NCBI GenBank assembly: GCA_964016885.1
Contig: CAXHJY010000517.1
Coordinates: 124,001-188,000, forward strand
Direction of reading: 5' to 3'
From: Eledone cirrhosa
Lineage: Eukaryota
Length of the DNA stretch: 64,000 nucleotides
The notes beneath the pieces were generated by a model. It made no database searches, was not told the origin of the DNA, and saw only the letters and a list, made by a program, of their open reading frames with translations. Below are positions 1 through 15,000 of this stretch, one piece after another (within the stretch, counting starts at the first letter, position 1; each line of letters begins with the position of its first letter). Both the position numbers and the translations under genes were made by a program.

Positions 1-3000
1 CATTAGACTGCTGTCTTTAAGGTTCAGTCATTCGACTGCTGTCTTTAAGGTTCACTCATTCGACTGCTGTCTTTAAGGTTCACTCATTCGACTGCTGTCT
101 TTAAGGTTCAGTCATTAGACTGTTGTCTTTATGGTTCTGTCATTAGACTGTTGTCTTTAAGGTTCGGTCATTAGACTGCTGTCTTTAAGATTCACTCATT
201 CGACTGCTGTCTTTAAGGTTCGGTCATTAGACTGTTGTCTTTAAGGTTCAGTCATTAGACTGCTGTCTTTAAGGTTCAGTCATTAGACTGCTGTCTTTAA
301 GGTTCAGTCATTAGACTGCTGTCTTTAAGGTTCAGTCATTAGACTGCTGCCTTTAAGGTTCAGTCATTAGACTGCTGTCTTTAAGGTTTAGTCATTAGAC
401 TGCTGTCTTTAAGGTTCAGTCATTAGACTGCTGTCTTTAAGGTTCAGTCATTAGACTCTTACCTTTAAGGTTTAGTCATTAGACTGCTGTCTTTAAGGTT
501 TAGTCATTAGACTGCTGTCTTTAAGGTTCAGTCATTAGACTGCTGTCTTTAAGGTTCAGTCATTAGACTGTTGTCTTTAAGGTTCAGTCATTAGACTGCT
601 GTCTTTATGGTTCAGTCATTAGACTGTTGTCTTTAAGGTTCAGTCAGTAGACTGCTGTCTTTAAGGTTCAGTCATTAGACTGCTGTCTTTAAGTTTCAGT
701 CAATAGACTGTTGTCTTTAAGGTTCAGTCATTAGACTGTTGTCTTTAAGGTTCAGTCAGTAGACTGCTGTCTTTATGGTTCAGTCATTAGACTGTTGTCT
801 TTAAGGTTCAGTCATTAGACTGCTGTCTTTAAGGTTCAGTCATTAGACTGCTGTCTTTAAGGTTCACTCATTCGACTGCTGTCTTTATGGTTCAGTCATT
901 CGACTGTTGTCTTTATGGTTCAGTCATTAGACTGTTGTCTTTAAGGTTCAGTCATTAGACTTCTGTCTTTAAGGTTTAGTCATTAGACTGCTGTCTTTAA
1001 GGTTCAGTCATTAGACTGTTGTCTTTAAGGTTCAGTCATTAGACTGTTGTCTTTAAGGTTTAGTCATTAGACTGCTGTCTTTAAGGTTCAGTCATTAGAC
1101 TGCTGTCTTTAAGGTTCAGTCATTAGACTGTTGTCTTTAAGGTTCAGTCATTAGACTTCTGTCTTTAAGGTTTAGTCATTAGACTGCTGTCTTTAAGGTT
1201 TAGTCATTAGACTGCTGTCTTTAAGGTTCAGTCATTAGACTGCTGTCTTTAAGGTTCAGTCATTAGACTGCTGTCTTTAAGGTTCGGTCATTAGACTGCT
1301 GTCTTTAAGGTTCAGTCATTAGACTGCTGTCTTTATGGTTCGGTCATTCGACTGTTGTCTTTAAGGTTCAGTCATTAGACTGCTGTCTTTAAGGTTCAGT
1401 CATTAGACTGCTGCCTTCAAGGTTCAGTCATTTGATTGTTGTCTTTAAGGTTCACTAATTCGACGGCTGTCTTTAAGTTTCAGTCATTAGACTGCTGTCT
1501 TTAAGGTTCAGTCATTCGACTGTTGTCTTTAAGGTTCAGTCATTAGACTGTTGTCTTTAAGGTTCAGTCATTAGACTGTTGTCTTTAAGGTTCAGTCATT
1601 AGACTGCAGTCTTTAAGGTTCAGTCATTAGACTGCTGTCTTTAAGTTTCAGTCATTAGACTGTTGTCTTTAAGGGTTTCAGTCATTCGACTGCTGTCTTT
1701 AAGGTTCAGTCATTTGACTCTTACCTTTAAGGTTCAGTCATTAGACTGTTGTCTTTAAGGTTCAGTCATTAGACTGCTGTCTTTAAGGTTTAGTCATTCG
1801 ACTGCTGTCTTTAAGGTTCACTCATTCGACTGCTGTCTTTAAGGTTCAGTCATTAGACTGTTGTCTTTATGGTTCTGTCATTAGACTGTTGTCTTTAAGG
1901 TTCGGTCATTAGACTGCTGTCTTTAAGATTCACTCATTCGACGGTTGTCTTTATGGTTCAGTCATTAGACTGCTGTCTTTAAGGTTCAGTCATTAGACTG
2001 CTGTCTTTAAGGTTCACTCATTCGACTGCTGTCTTTAAGGTTCAGTCATTAGACTGCTGTCTTTATGGTTCAGTCATTAGACTGTTGTCTTTAAGGTTCA
2101 GTCATTAGACTGTTGTCTTTAAGGTTCAGTCATTAGACTGCTGTCTTTAAGGTTTAGTCATTAGACTGCTGTCTTTAAGGTTCACTCATTCGACTGCTGT
2201 CTTTAAGGTTCAGTCATTAGCCTGCTGTCTTTAAGGTTCAGTCATTAGACTGCTGTCTTTAAGGTTCGGTCATTAGACTGCTGTCTTTAAGGTTCAGTCA
2301 TTAGACTGCTGTCTTTAAGGTTCAGTCATTAGACTGCTGTCTTTAAGGTTCACTCATTCGACTGCTGTCTTTAAGGTTTAGTCATTCGACTGTTGTCTTT
2401 AAGGTTCAGTCATTAGACTGTTGTCTTTAAGATTCGGTCATTAGACTGCTGTCTTGAAGGTTCGGTCATTAGACTGCTGTCTTTAAGGTACAGTCATTAG
2501 ACTGCTGTCTTTAAGGTTCAGTCATTAGACAGCTGTCTTTAAGGTTCAGTCATTAGACTGCTGTCTTTATGGTTTGGTCACTAGACCGGTGTCTTTAAGG
2601 TTCGGTCATTAGACTGTTGTCTTTAAGGTTCAGTCATTAGACTGTTGTCTCTATGGTTCAGTCATTAGACTGTTGTCTTTAAGGTTCAGTCATTAGACTG
2701 TTGTCTTTATGGTTCAGTCATTAGACTGTTGTCTTTAAGGTTCAGTCATTAGACTGTTGTCTTTAAGGTTCAGTCATTAGACTGCTGTCTTTAAGGTTCA
2801 GTCATTCGACTGCTGTCTTTAAGGTTCACTCATTCGACTGCTGTCTTTAAGGTTCACTCATTCGACTGCTGTCTTTAAGGTTCAGTCATTAGACTGTTGT
2901 CTTTATGGTTCTGTCATTAGACTGTTGTCTTTAAGGTTCGGTCATTAGACTGCTGTCTTTAAGATTCACTCATTCGACGGTTGTCTTTATGGTTCAGTCA

Positions 3001-6000
3001 TTAGACTGCTGTCTTTAAGGTTCAGTCATTAGACTGCTGTCTTTAAGGTTCACTCATTCGACTGCTGTCTTTAAGGTTCAGTCATTAGACTGCTGTCTTT
3101 ATGGTTCAGTCATTAGACTGTTGTCTTTAAGGTTCAGTCATTAGACTGTTGTCTTCAAGGTTCAGTCATTAGACTGTTGTCTTTAAGGTTCAGTCATTAG
3201 ACTGTTGTTTTTAAGGTTCAGTCATTAGACTGCTGTCTTTAAGGTTTAGTCATTAGACTGCTGTCTTTAAGGTTCACTCATTCGACTGCTGTCTTTAAGG
3301 TTCAGTCATTAGCCTGCTGTCTTTAAGGTTCAGTCATTAGACTGCTGTCTTTAAGGTTCGGTCATTAGACTGCTGTCTTTAAGGTTCAGTCATTAGACTG
3401 CTGTCTTTAAGGTTCAGTCATTAGACTGCTGTCTTTAAGGTTCAGTCATTAGAGTGCTGTCTTTAAGGTTCACTCATTCGACTGCTGTCTTTAAGGTTCA
3501 GTCATTAGACTGCTGTCTTTAAGGTTCACTCATTCGACTGCTGTCTTTAAGGTTCAGTCATTAGACTGCTGTCTTTATGGTTCAGTCATTAGATTGTTGT
3601 CTTTAAGGTTCAGTCATTAAACTGTTGTCTTTAAGGTTCAGTCATTAGACTGTTGTCTTTAAGGTTCAGTCATTAGACTGCTGTCTTTAAGGTTCAGTCA
3701 TTAGACTGCTGTCTTGAAGGTTCACTCATTCGACTGCTGTCTTTAAGGTTCAGTCATTAGACTGCTGTCTTTAAGGTTCACTCATTCGACTGCTGTCTTT
3801 AAGGTTCAGTCATTAGACTCTTGTCTTTAAGGTTCAGTCATTAGACTGCTGTCTTTATGGTTCAGTCATTAGACTGTTGTCTTTAAGGTTCAGTCATTAG
3901 ACTGTTGTCTTTAAGGTTCAGTCATTAGACTGTTGTCTTTAAGGTTCAGTCATTAGACTGTTGTCTTTAAGGTTCGGTCATTAGACTGTTGTCTTTAAGA
4001 TTCGGTCATTAGACTGCTGTCTTTAAGGTTCGGTCATTAGACTGCTGTCTTTAAGGTTCAGTCATTAGACTTCTGTCTTTAAGGTTCAGTCATTAGACTG
4101 CTGTCTTTAAGGTTCACTCATTTGACTGCTGTCTTTAAGGTTTAGTCATTCGACTGTTGTCTTTATGGTTCAGTCATTAGACTGTTGTCTTTAAGGTTCA
4201 GTCATTAGACTGTTGTCTTTAAGGTTCAGTCATTAGACTGCTGTCTTTAAGGTTCAGTCATTAGACTGCTGTCTTTAAGGTTCAGTCATTAGACTGCTGT
4301 CTTTAAGGTTCACTCATTCGACTGCTGTCTTTAAGGGTTTCAGTCATTAGACTGCTGTCTTTAAGGTTCGGTCATTAGACTGCTGTCTTTAAGGTTCAGT
4401 CATTAGACTGCTGTCTTTATGGTTCGGTCATTCGACTGTTGTCTTTAAGGTTCAGTCATTAGACTGCTGTCTTTAAGGTTCAGTCATTAGACTGCTGCCT
4501 TCAAGGTTCAGTCATTTGACTGTTGTCTTTAAGGTTCACTAATTCGACGGCTGTCTTTAAGTTTCAGTCATTAGACTGCTGTCTTTAAGGTTCACTCATT
4601 AGACTGCTGTCTTTAAGGTTCAGTCATTAGACTGCTGTTTTAAGGTTCAGTCATTAGACTGTTGTCTTTAAGGTTCAGTCATTAGACTGTTGTCTTTAAG
4701 GTTCGGTCATTAGACTGCTGTCTTTAAGGTTCAGTCATTCGACTGTTGTCTTCAAGGTTCAGTCATTAGACTGTTGTCTTTAAGGTTCAGTCATTAGACT
4801 GCTGTCTTTATGGTTCAGTCATTAGACTGTTGTCTTTAAGGTTTAGTCATTAGACTGCTGTCTTTAAGGTTCAGTCATTAGACTCTTACCTTTAAGGTTT
4901 AGTCATTAGACTGCTGTCTTTAAGATTTGGTCATTAGACTGCTGTCTTTAAGGTTCAGTCATTACACTGCTGTCTTTAAGGTTCAGTCATTAGACTGCTG
5001 TCTTTATGGTTCAGTCATTAGACTGCTGTCTTTAAGATTCAGTCATTAGACTGTTGTCTTTAAGGTTCAGTCATTAGACTGCTGTCTTTAAGGTTCAGTC
5101 ATTAGACAGCTGTCTTTAAGGTTCAGTCATTAGACTGCTGTCTTTATGGTTCGGTCATTAGACCGGTGTCTTTAAGGTTCGGTCATTAGACTGTTGTCTT
5201 TAAGGTTCAGTCATTAGACTGTTGTCTTTAAGGTTCAGTCATTAGACTGCTGTCTTTAAGGTTCAGTCATTAGACTTCTGTCTTTATGATTCGGTCATTA
5301 GACTGGTGTCTTTAAGGTTCAGTCATTAGACTGCTGTCTTTAAGGTTCGGTCATTAGACTGCTGTCTTTAAGGTTGAATCCTTAGACTGTTGGCTTTATG
5401 GTTCGGTCATTAGACTGTTGTCCTTAAGGTTCGGTCATTAGACTGCTGTATTTAAGGTTCAATCATTAGACTGCTGTCTTTAAGGTTCAGTCATTAGACT
5501 GTTGTCTTTAAGGTTCAGTCATTAGACTGTTGTCTTTAAGGTTCAGTCATTAGACTGCTGTCTTTAAGGTTTAGTCATTAGACTGCTGTCTTTAAGGTTC
5601 ACTCATTCGACTGCTGTCTTTAAGGTTCAGTCATTAGCCTGCTGTCTTTAAGGTTCAGTCATTAGACTGCTGTCTTTAAGGTTCAGTCATTAGACTGCTG
5701 TCTTTAAGGTTCAGTCATTAGACTGCTGTCTTTAAGGTTCACTCATTCGACTGCTGTCTTTAAGGTTTAGTCATTCGACTGTTGTCTTTAAGGTTCAGTC
5801 ATTAGACTGTTGTCTTTAAGATTCGGTCATTAGACTGCTGTCTTTAAGGTTCGGTCATTAGACTGCTGTCTTTAAGGTTCAGTCATTAGACTGCTGTCCT
5901 AAAGGTTCAGTCATTAGACTGCTGTCTTTAAGGTTCAGTCATTAGACTGCTGTCTTTAAGGTTTAGTCATTCGACTGTTGTCTTTATGGTTCAGTCATTA

Positions 6001-9000
6001 GACTGTTGTCTTTAAGGTTCAGTCATTAGACTGTTGTCTTTAAGGTTCAGTCATTAGACTGCTGTCTTTAAGGTTCAGTCATTAGAGTGCTGTCTTTAAG
6101 GTTCACTCATTCGACTGCTGTCTTTAAGGTTCAGTCATTAGACTGCTGTCTTTAAGGTTCACTCATTCGACTGCTGTCTTTAAGGTTCAGTCATTAGACT
6201 GCTGTCTTTATGGTTCAGTCATTAGACTGTTGTCTTTAAGGTTCAGTCATTAGACTGTTGTCTTTAAGGTTCAGTCACTAGACTGTTGTCTTTAAGGTTC
6301 AGTCATTAGACTGCTGTCTTTAAGGTTCAGTCATTAGACTGCTGTCTTTAAGGTTCACTCATTCGACTGCTGTCTTTAAGGTTCAGTCATTAGACTGCTG
6401 TCTTTAAGGTTCACTCATTCGACTGCTGTCTTTAAGGTTCAGTCATTAGACTGTTGTCTTTAAGGTTCAGTCATTAGACTGCTGTCTTTATGGTTCAGTC
6501 ATTAGACTGTTGTCTTTAAGGTTCAGTCATTAGACTGTTGTCTTTAAGATTCAGTCATTAGACTGCTGTCTTTAAGGTTCACTCATTCGACGGCTGTCTT
6601 TAAGGTTCAGTCATTAGACTGCTGTCTTTAAGGTTCACTCATTCGACGGCTGTCTTTAAGGTTCAGTCATTAAACTGCTGTCTTTAAGGTTCACTCATTC
6701 GACGGCTGTCTTTAAGGTTCAGTCATTAGACTGCTGTCTTTAAGGTTCACTCATTCGACTGCTGTCTTTAAGGTTTAGTCATTCGACTGTTGTCTTTATG
6801 GTTCAGTCATTAGACTGTTGTCTTTAAGGTTCAGTCATTAGACTGTTGTCTTTAAGGTTCAGTCATTAGACTGCTGTCTTTAAGGTTCAGTCATTAGAGT
6901 GCTGTCTTTAAGGCTCACTCATTAGACTGCTGTATTTAAGGTTCAGTCATTAGACTGCTGTCTTTAAGGTTCGGTCATTAGACTGCTGTCTTTAAGGGTT
7001 TCAGTCATTAGACTGTTGTCTTTAAGTGTTTCAGTCATTAGACTGTTGTCTTTAAGGGTTTCAGTCATTAGACTGTTGTCTTTAAGGTTCAGTCATTAGA
7101 CTGCTGTCTTTAAGGGTCAGTAATTAGACTGCTGTCTTTAAGGGTTTCAGTCATTAGACTGTTGTCTTTAAGGTTCGGTCATTAGACTGCTGTCTTTAAG
7201 GTTCAATCATTGGACTGCTGTCTTTAAGGTTCAGTCATTAGACTGCTGTTTTTAAGGTTCAGTCATTAGACTGCTGTCTTTAAGGTTCAGTCATTAGACT
7301 GCTGTCTTTAAGGTTCATTCATTAGACTGCTGTCTTTAAGGTTTAGTCATTAGACTGCTGTCTTTAAGGTTCGGTCATTAGACTGCTGTCTTTAAGGTTC
7401 ATTCATTAGACTGCTGTCTTTAAGGTTCGGTCATTAGACTGCTGTCTTTAAGGTTCGGTCATTAGACTGCTGTCTTTAAGGTTCGGTCATTAGACTGCTG
7501 TCTTTAAGGTTCGGTCATTAGACTGCTGTCTTTAAGGTTCATTCATTAGACTGCTGTCTTTAAGGTTCGGTCATTAGACTGCTGTCTTTAAGGTTCGGTC
7601 ATTAGACTGCTGTCTTTAAGGTTCAGTCATTAGACTGCTGTCTTTAAGGTTCAGTCATTAGACAGCTGTCTTTAAGGTTCAGTCATTAGACTGCTGTCTT
7701 TATGGTACGGTCATTAGACCGGTGTCTTTAAGGTTCGGTCATTAGACTGTTGTCTTTAAGGTTCAGTCATTAGACTGTTGTCTTTAAGGTTCAGTCATTA
7801 GACTGCTGTCTTTAAGGTTCAGTCATTAGACTTCTGTCTTTATGATTCGGTCATTAGACTGGTGTCTTTAAGGTTCAGTCATTAGACTGCTGTCTTTAAG
7901 GTTCGGTCATTAGACTGCTGTCTTTAAGGTTGAATCCTTAGACTGTTGGCTTTATGGTTCAGTCATTAGACTGTTGTCCTTAAGGTTCGGTCATTAGACT
8001 GCTGTCTTTAAGGTTCAATCATTAGACTGCTGTCTTTAAGGTTCAGTCATTAGACTGTTGTCTTTAAGGTTCAGTCATTAGACTGTTGTCTTTAAGGTTC
8101 AGTCATTAGACTGCTGTCTTTAAGGTTTAGTCATTAGACTGCTGTCTTTAAGGTTCACTCATTCGACTGCTGTCTTTAAGGTTCAGTCATTAGCCTGCTG
8201 TCTTTAAGGTTCAGTCATTAGACTGCTGTCTTTAAGGTTCGGTCATTAGACTGCTGTCTTTAAGGTTCAGTCATTAGACTGCTGTCTTTAAGGTTCAGTC
8301 ATTAGACTGCTGTCTTTAAGGTTCACTCATTCGACTGCTGTCTTTAAGGTTTAGTCATTCGACTGTTGTCTTTAAGGTTCAGTCATTAGACTGTTGTCTT
8401 TAAGATTCGGTCATTAGACTGCTGTCTTTAAGGTTCGGTCATTAGACTGCTGTCTTTAAGGTTCACTCATTCGACTGCTGTCTTTAAGGTTTAGTCATTC
8501 GACTGTTGTCTTTAAGGTTCAGTCATTAGACTGTTGTCTTTAAGATTCGGTCATTAGACTGCTGTCTTTAAGGTTCAGTCATTAGACTGCTGTCTTTAAG
8601 GTTTAGTCATTCGACTGTTGTCTTTATGGTTCAGTCATTAGACTGTTGTCTTTAAGGTTCAGTCATTAGACTGTTGTCTTTAAGGTTCAGTCATTAGACT
8701 GCTGTCTTTAAGGTTCAGTCATTAGAGTGCTGTCTTTAAGGCTCACTCATTCGACTGCTGTCTTTAAGGTTCAGTCATTAGACTGCTGTCTTTAAGGTTC
8801 ACTCATTCGACTGCTGTCTTTAAGGTTCAGTCATTAGACTGCTGTCTTTATGGTTCAGTCATTAGACTGTTGTCTTTAAGGTTCAGTCATTAGACTGTTG
8901 TCTTTAAGGTTCAGTCATTAGACTGCTGTCTTTAAGGTTCAGTCATTAGACTGCTGTCTTTAAGGTTCAGTCATTCGACTGCTGTCTTTAAGGTTCAGTC

Positions 9001-12000
9001 ATTAGACTGCTGTCTTTAAGGTTCACTCATTCGACTGCTGTCTTTAAGGTTCAGTCATTAGACTGTTGTCTTTAAGGTTCAGTCATTAGACTGCTGTCTT
9101 TATGGTTCAGTCATTAGACTGTTGTCTTTAAGGTTCAGTCATTAGACTGTTGTCTATAAGGTTCAGTCATTAGACTGTTGTCTTTAAAGTTCAGTCATTA
9201 GACGGTTGTCTTTAAGGTTCAGTCATTAGACTGTTGTCTTTAAGGTTCGGTCATTAGTCTGTTGTCTTTAAGATTCGGTCATTAGACTGCTGTCTTTAAG
9301 GTTCGGTCATTAGACTGTTGTCTTTAAGGTTCAGTCATTAGACTTCTGTCTTTAAGGTTCAGTCATTAGACTGCTGTCTTTAAGGTTCACTCATTCGACT
9401 GCTGTCTTTAAGGTTTAGTCATTCGACTGTTGTCTTTATGGTTCAGTCATTAGACTGTTGTCTTTAAGGTTCAGTCATTAGACTGTTGTCTTTAAGGTTC
9501 AGTCATTAGACTGCTGTCTTTAAGGTTCAGTCATTAGACTGCTGTCTTTAAGGTTCAGTCATTAGACTGCTGTCTTTAAGGTTCACTCATTCGACTGCTG
9601 TCTTTAAGGTTCAGTCATTAGACTGCTGTCTTTATGGTTCATTCATTAGACTGTTGTCTTTAAGGTTTAGTCATTAGACTGTTGTCTTTAAGGTTCAGTC
9701 ATTAGACTGTTGTCTTTATGGTTCAGTCATTAGACTGTTGTCTTTAAGGTTCAGTCATTAGACTGTTGTCTTTAAGGTTCAGTCATTAGACTGCTGTCTT
9801 TAAGGTTCAGTCATTAGAGTGCCGTCTTTAAGGTTCACTCATTCGACTGCTGTCTTTAAGGTTCAGTCATTAGACTGCTGTCTTTAAGGTTCACTCATTC
9901 GACTGCTGTCTTTAAGGTTCAGTCATTAGACTGCTGTCTTTATGGTTCAGTCATTAGACTGTTGTCTTTAAGGTTCAGTCATTAGACTGTTGTCTTTAAG
10001 GTTCAGTCACTAGACTGTTGTCTTTAAGGTTCAGTCATTAGACTGCTGTCTTTAAGGTTCAGTCATTAGACTGCTGTCTTTAAGGTTCACTCATTCGACT
10101 GCTGTCTTTAAGGTTCAGTCATTAGACTGCTGTCTTTAAGGTTCACTCATTCGACTGCTGTCTTTAAGGTTCAGTCATTAGACTGTTGTCTTTAAGGTTC
10201 AGTCATTAGACTGCTGTCTTTATGGTTCAGTCATTAGACTGTTGTCTTTAAGGTTCAGTCATTAGACTGTTGTCTTTAAGATTCAGTCATTAGACTGCTG
10301 TCTTTAAGGTTCACTCATTCGACGGCTGTCTTTAAGGTTCAGTCATTAGACTGCTGTCTTTAAGGTTCACTCATTCGACGGCTGTCTTTAAGGTTCAGTC
10401 ATTAAACTGCTGTCTTTAAGGTTCACTCATTCGACGGCTGTCTTTAAGGTTCAGTCATTAGACTGCTGTCTTTAAGGTTAACTCATTCGACTGCTGTCTT
10501 TAAGGTTTAGTCATTCGACTGTTGTCTTTATGGTTCAGTCATTAGACTGTTGTCTTTAAGGTTCAGTCATTAGACTGTTGTCTTTAAGGTTCAGTCATTA
10601 GACTGCTGTCTTTAAGGTTCAGTCATTAGAGTGCTGTCTTTAAGGCTCACTCATTAGACTGCTGTATTTAAGGTTCAGTCATTAGACTGCTGTCTTTAAG
10701 GTTCGGTCATTAGACTGCTGTCTTTAAGGGTTTCAGTCATTAGACTGTTGTCTTTAAGTGTTTCAGTCATTAGACTGTTGTCTTTAAGGGTTTCAGTCAT
10801 TAGACTGTTGTCTTTAAGGTTCAGTCATTAGACTGCTGTCTTTAAGGGTCAGTAATTAGACTGCTGTCTTTAAGGGTTTCAGTCATTAGACTGTTGTCTT
10901 TAAGGTTCGGTCATTAGACTGCTGTCTTTAAGGTTCAATCATTAGACTGCTGTCTTTAAGCTTCAGTCATTAGACTGCTGTCTTTAAGGTTCAGTCATTA
11001 GACTGCTGTCTTTAAGGTTCAGTCATTAGACTGCTGTCTTTAAGGTTCATTCATTAGACTGCTGTCTTTAAGGTTTAGTCATTAGACTGCTGTCTTTAAG
11101 GTTCGGTCATTAGACTGCTGTCTTTAAGGTTCATTCATTAGACTGCTGTCTTTAAGGTTCGGTCATTAGACTGCTGTCTTTAAGGTTCGGTCATTAGACT
11201 GCTGTCTTTAAGGTTCGGTCATTAGACTGCTGTCTTTAAGGTTCGGTCATTAGACTGCTGTCTTTAAGGTTCATTCATTAGACTGCTGTCTTTAAGGTTC
11301 GGTCATTAGACTGCTGTCTTTAAGGTTCGGTCATTAGACTGCTGTCTTTAAGGTTCAGTCATTAGACTGCTGTCTTTAAGGTTCAGTCATTAGACAGCTG
11401 TCTTTAAGGTTCAGTCATTAGACTGCTGTCTTTATGGTACGGTCATTAGACCGGTGTCTTTAAGGTTCGGTCATTAGACTGTTGTCTTTAAGGTTCAGTC
11501 ATTAGACTGTTGTCTTTAAGGTTCAGTCATTAGACTGCTGTCTTTAAGGTTCAGTCATTAGACTTCTGTCTTTATGATTCGGTCATTAGACTGGTGTCTT
11601 TAAGGTTCAGTCATTAGACTGCTGTCTTTAAGGTTCGGTCATTAGACTGCTGTCTTTAAGGTTGAATCCTTAGACTGTTGGCTTTATGGTTCAGTCATTA
11701 GACTGTTGTCCTTAAGGTTCTGTCATTAGACTGCTGTCTTTAAGGTTCAATCATTAGACTGCTGTCTTTAAGGTTCAGTCATTAGACTGTTGTCTTTAAG
11801 GTTCAGTCATTAGACTGTTGTCTTTAAGGTTCAGTCATTAGACTGCTGTCTTTAAGGTTTAGTCATTAGACTGCTGTCTTTAAGGTTCACTCATTCGACT
11901 GCTGTCTTTAAGGTTCAGTCATTAGCCTGCTGTCTTTAAGGTTCAGTCATTAGACTGCTGTCTTTAAGGTTCGGTCATTAGACTGCTGTCTTTAAGGTTC

Positions 12001-15000
12001 AGTCATTAGACTGCTGTCTTTAAGGTTCAGTCATTAGACTGCTGTCTTTAAGGTTCACTCATTCGACTGCTGTCTTTAAGGTTTAGTCATTCGACTGTTG
12101 TCTTTAAGGTTCGGTCATTAGACTGTTGTCTTTAAGATTCGGTCATTAGACTGCTGTCTTTAAGGTTCGGTCATTAGACTGCTGTCTTTAAGGTTCACTC
12201 ATTCGACTGCTGTCTTTAAGGTTTAGTCATTCGACTGTTGTCTTTAAGGTTCAGTCATTAGACTGTTGTCTTTAAGATTCGGTCATTAGACTGCTGTCTT
12301 TAAGGTTCAGTCATTAGACTGCTGTCTTTAAGGTTTAGTCATTCGACTGTTGTCTTTATGGTTCAGTCATTAGACTGTTGTCTTTAAGGTTCAGTCATTA
12401 GACTGTTGTCTTTAAGGTTCAGTCATTAGACTGCTGTCTTTAAGGTTCAGTCATTAGAGTGCTGTCTTTAAGGCTCACTCATTCGACTGCTGTCTTTAAG
12501 GTTCAGTCATTAGACTGCTGTCTTTAAGGTTCACTCATTCGACTGCTGTCTTTAAGGTTCAGTCATTAGACTGCTGTCTTTATGGTTCAGTCATTAGACT
12601 GTTGTCTTTAAGGTTCAGTCATTAGACTGTTGTCTTTAAGGTTCAGTCAATAGACTGCTGTCTTTAAGGTTCAGTCATTAGACTGCTGTCTTTAAGGTTC
12701 AGTCATTCGACTGCTGTCTTTAAGGTTCAGTCATTAGACTGCTGTCTTTAAGGTTCACTCATTCGACTGCTGTCTTTAAGGTTCAGTCATTAGACTGTTG
12801 TCTTTAAGGTTCAGTCATTAGACTGCTGTCTTTATGGTTCAGTCATTAGACTGTTGTCTTTAAGGTTCAGTCATTAGACTGTTGTCTATAAGGTTCAGTC
12901 ATTAGACTGTTGTCTTTAAAGTTCAGTCATTAGACGGTTGTCTTTAAGGTTCAGTCATTAGACTGTTGTCTTTAAGGTTCGGTCATTAGTCTGTTGTCTT
13001 TAAGATTCGGTCATTAGACTGCTGTCTTTAAGGTTCGGTCATTAGACTGTTGTCTTTAAGGTTCAGTCATTAGACTTCTGTCTTTAAGGTTCAGTCATTA
13101 GACTGCTGTCTTTAAGGTTCACTCATTCGACTGCTGTCTTTAAGGTTTAGTCATTCGACTGTTGTCTTTATGGTTCAGTCATTAGACTGTTGTCTTTAAG
13201 GTTCAGTCATTAGACTGTTGTCTTTAAGGTTCAGTCATTAGACTGCTGTCTTTAAGGTTCAGTCATTAGACTGCTGTCTTTAAGGTTCAGTCATTAGACT
13301 GCTGTCTTTAAGGTTCACTCATTCGACTGCTGTCTTTAAGGTTCAGTCATTAGACTGCTGTCTTTATGGTTCATTCATTAGACTGTTGTCTTTAAGGTTT
13401 AGTCATTAGACTGTTGTCTTTAAGGTTCAGTCATTAGACTGTTGTCTTTAAGGTTCAGTCATTAGACTGTTGTCTTTAAGGTTCAGTCATTAGACTGCTG
13501 TCTTTAAGGTTTTGTCATTAGACTGTTGTCTTTAAGATTCGGTCATTAGACTGCTGTCTTTAAGGATCGGTCATTAGACTGCTGTCTTTAAGGTTCAGTC
13601 ATTAGACTGCTGTCTTTATGGTTCGGTGATTCGACTGTTGTCTTTAAGGTTCAGTCATTAGACTGCTGTCTTTAAGGTTCAGTCATTAGACTGCTGTCTT
13701 CAAGGTTCAGTCATTAGACTGTTGTCTTTAAGGTTCACTAATTCGACTGTTATCTTTAAGGTTCAGTCATTAGACTGTTGTCTTTATGGTTCAGTCATTA
13801 GACTGCTGTCTTTAAGGTTCAGTCATTAGACTGCTGTCTTTAAGGTTTAGTCATTAGACTGTTGTCTTTAAGATTCGGTCATTAGACTGCTGTCTTTAAG
13901 GTTCGGTCATTAGACTGCTGTCTTTAAGTTTCGGTCATTAGACTGCTGTCTTTAAGGGTTTCAGTCATTAGACTGTTGTCTTAAAGGGTTTCAGTCATTA
14001 GACTGTTGTCTTTAAGGTTCGGTCATTAGACTGCTGTCTTTAAGCTTCAGTCATTAGACTGCTGTCTTTAAGGGTTTCAGTCATTAGACTGCTGTCTTTA
14101 AGGTTCAGTCATTAGACTGTTGTCTTTAAGATTCGGTCATTAGACTGCTGTCTTTAAGGTTCAGTCATTAGACTGTTGGCTTTATGATTCGGTCATTAGA
14201 CTGCTGTCTTTAAGGTTCAGTCATTAGACTGGTGTCTTTAAGGTTCAGTCATTAGACTGCTGTCTTTAAGGTTCAGTCATTAGACTGTTGGCTTTATGAT
14301 TCGGTCATTAGACTGCTGTCTTTAAGGTTCAGTCATTAGTCTGGTGTCTTTAAGGTTCAGTCATTAGACTGCTGTCTTTAAGGTTCAGTCATTAGACTGC
14401 TGTCTTTAAGGTTCAGTCATTAGACTGCTGTCTTTAAGGTTCAGTCATTAGACTGCTGTCTTTAACGTTCAGTCATTAGACTGCTGTCTTTAAGGTTCAG
14501 TCATTAGACTGCTGTCTTTAAGGTTCGGTCATTAGACTGCTGTCTTGAAGGTTCGGTCATTAGACTGCTGTCTTTATGGTTCGGTCATTAGACTGTTGTC
14601 TTTATGCTTCGGTCATTAGACTGCTGTCTTTAAGGTTCGGTCATTAGACTGCTGTCTTTATGGTTCAGTCATTAGACTGTTGTCTTTAAGGTTCAGTCAT
14701 TAGACTGCTGTCTTTATGGTTCGGTCATTAGACCGGTGTCTTTATGGTTCTGTCATTAGACTGCTGTCTTTAAGGTTTAGTCATTAGACTGCTGTCTTTA
14801 TGGTTCAGTCATTAGACTGTTGTCTTTAAGGTTCGGTCATTAGACTGCAGTCTTTATGGTTCAGCCATTAGACTGGTGTCTTTAAGGTTCAGTCATTAGA
14901 CTGCTGTCTTTATGTTTCGGTCATTAGACCGGTGTCTTTATGGTTCAGTCATTAGACTGCTGTCTTTAAGGTTTAGTCATTAGACTGCTGTCTTTATGGT

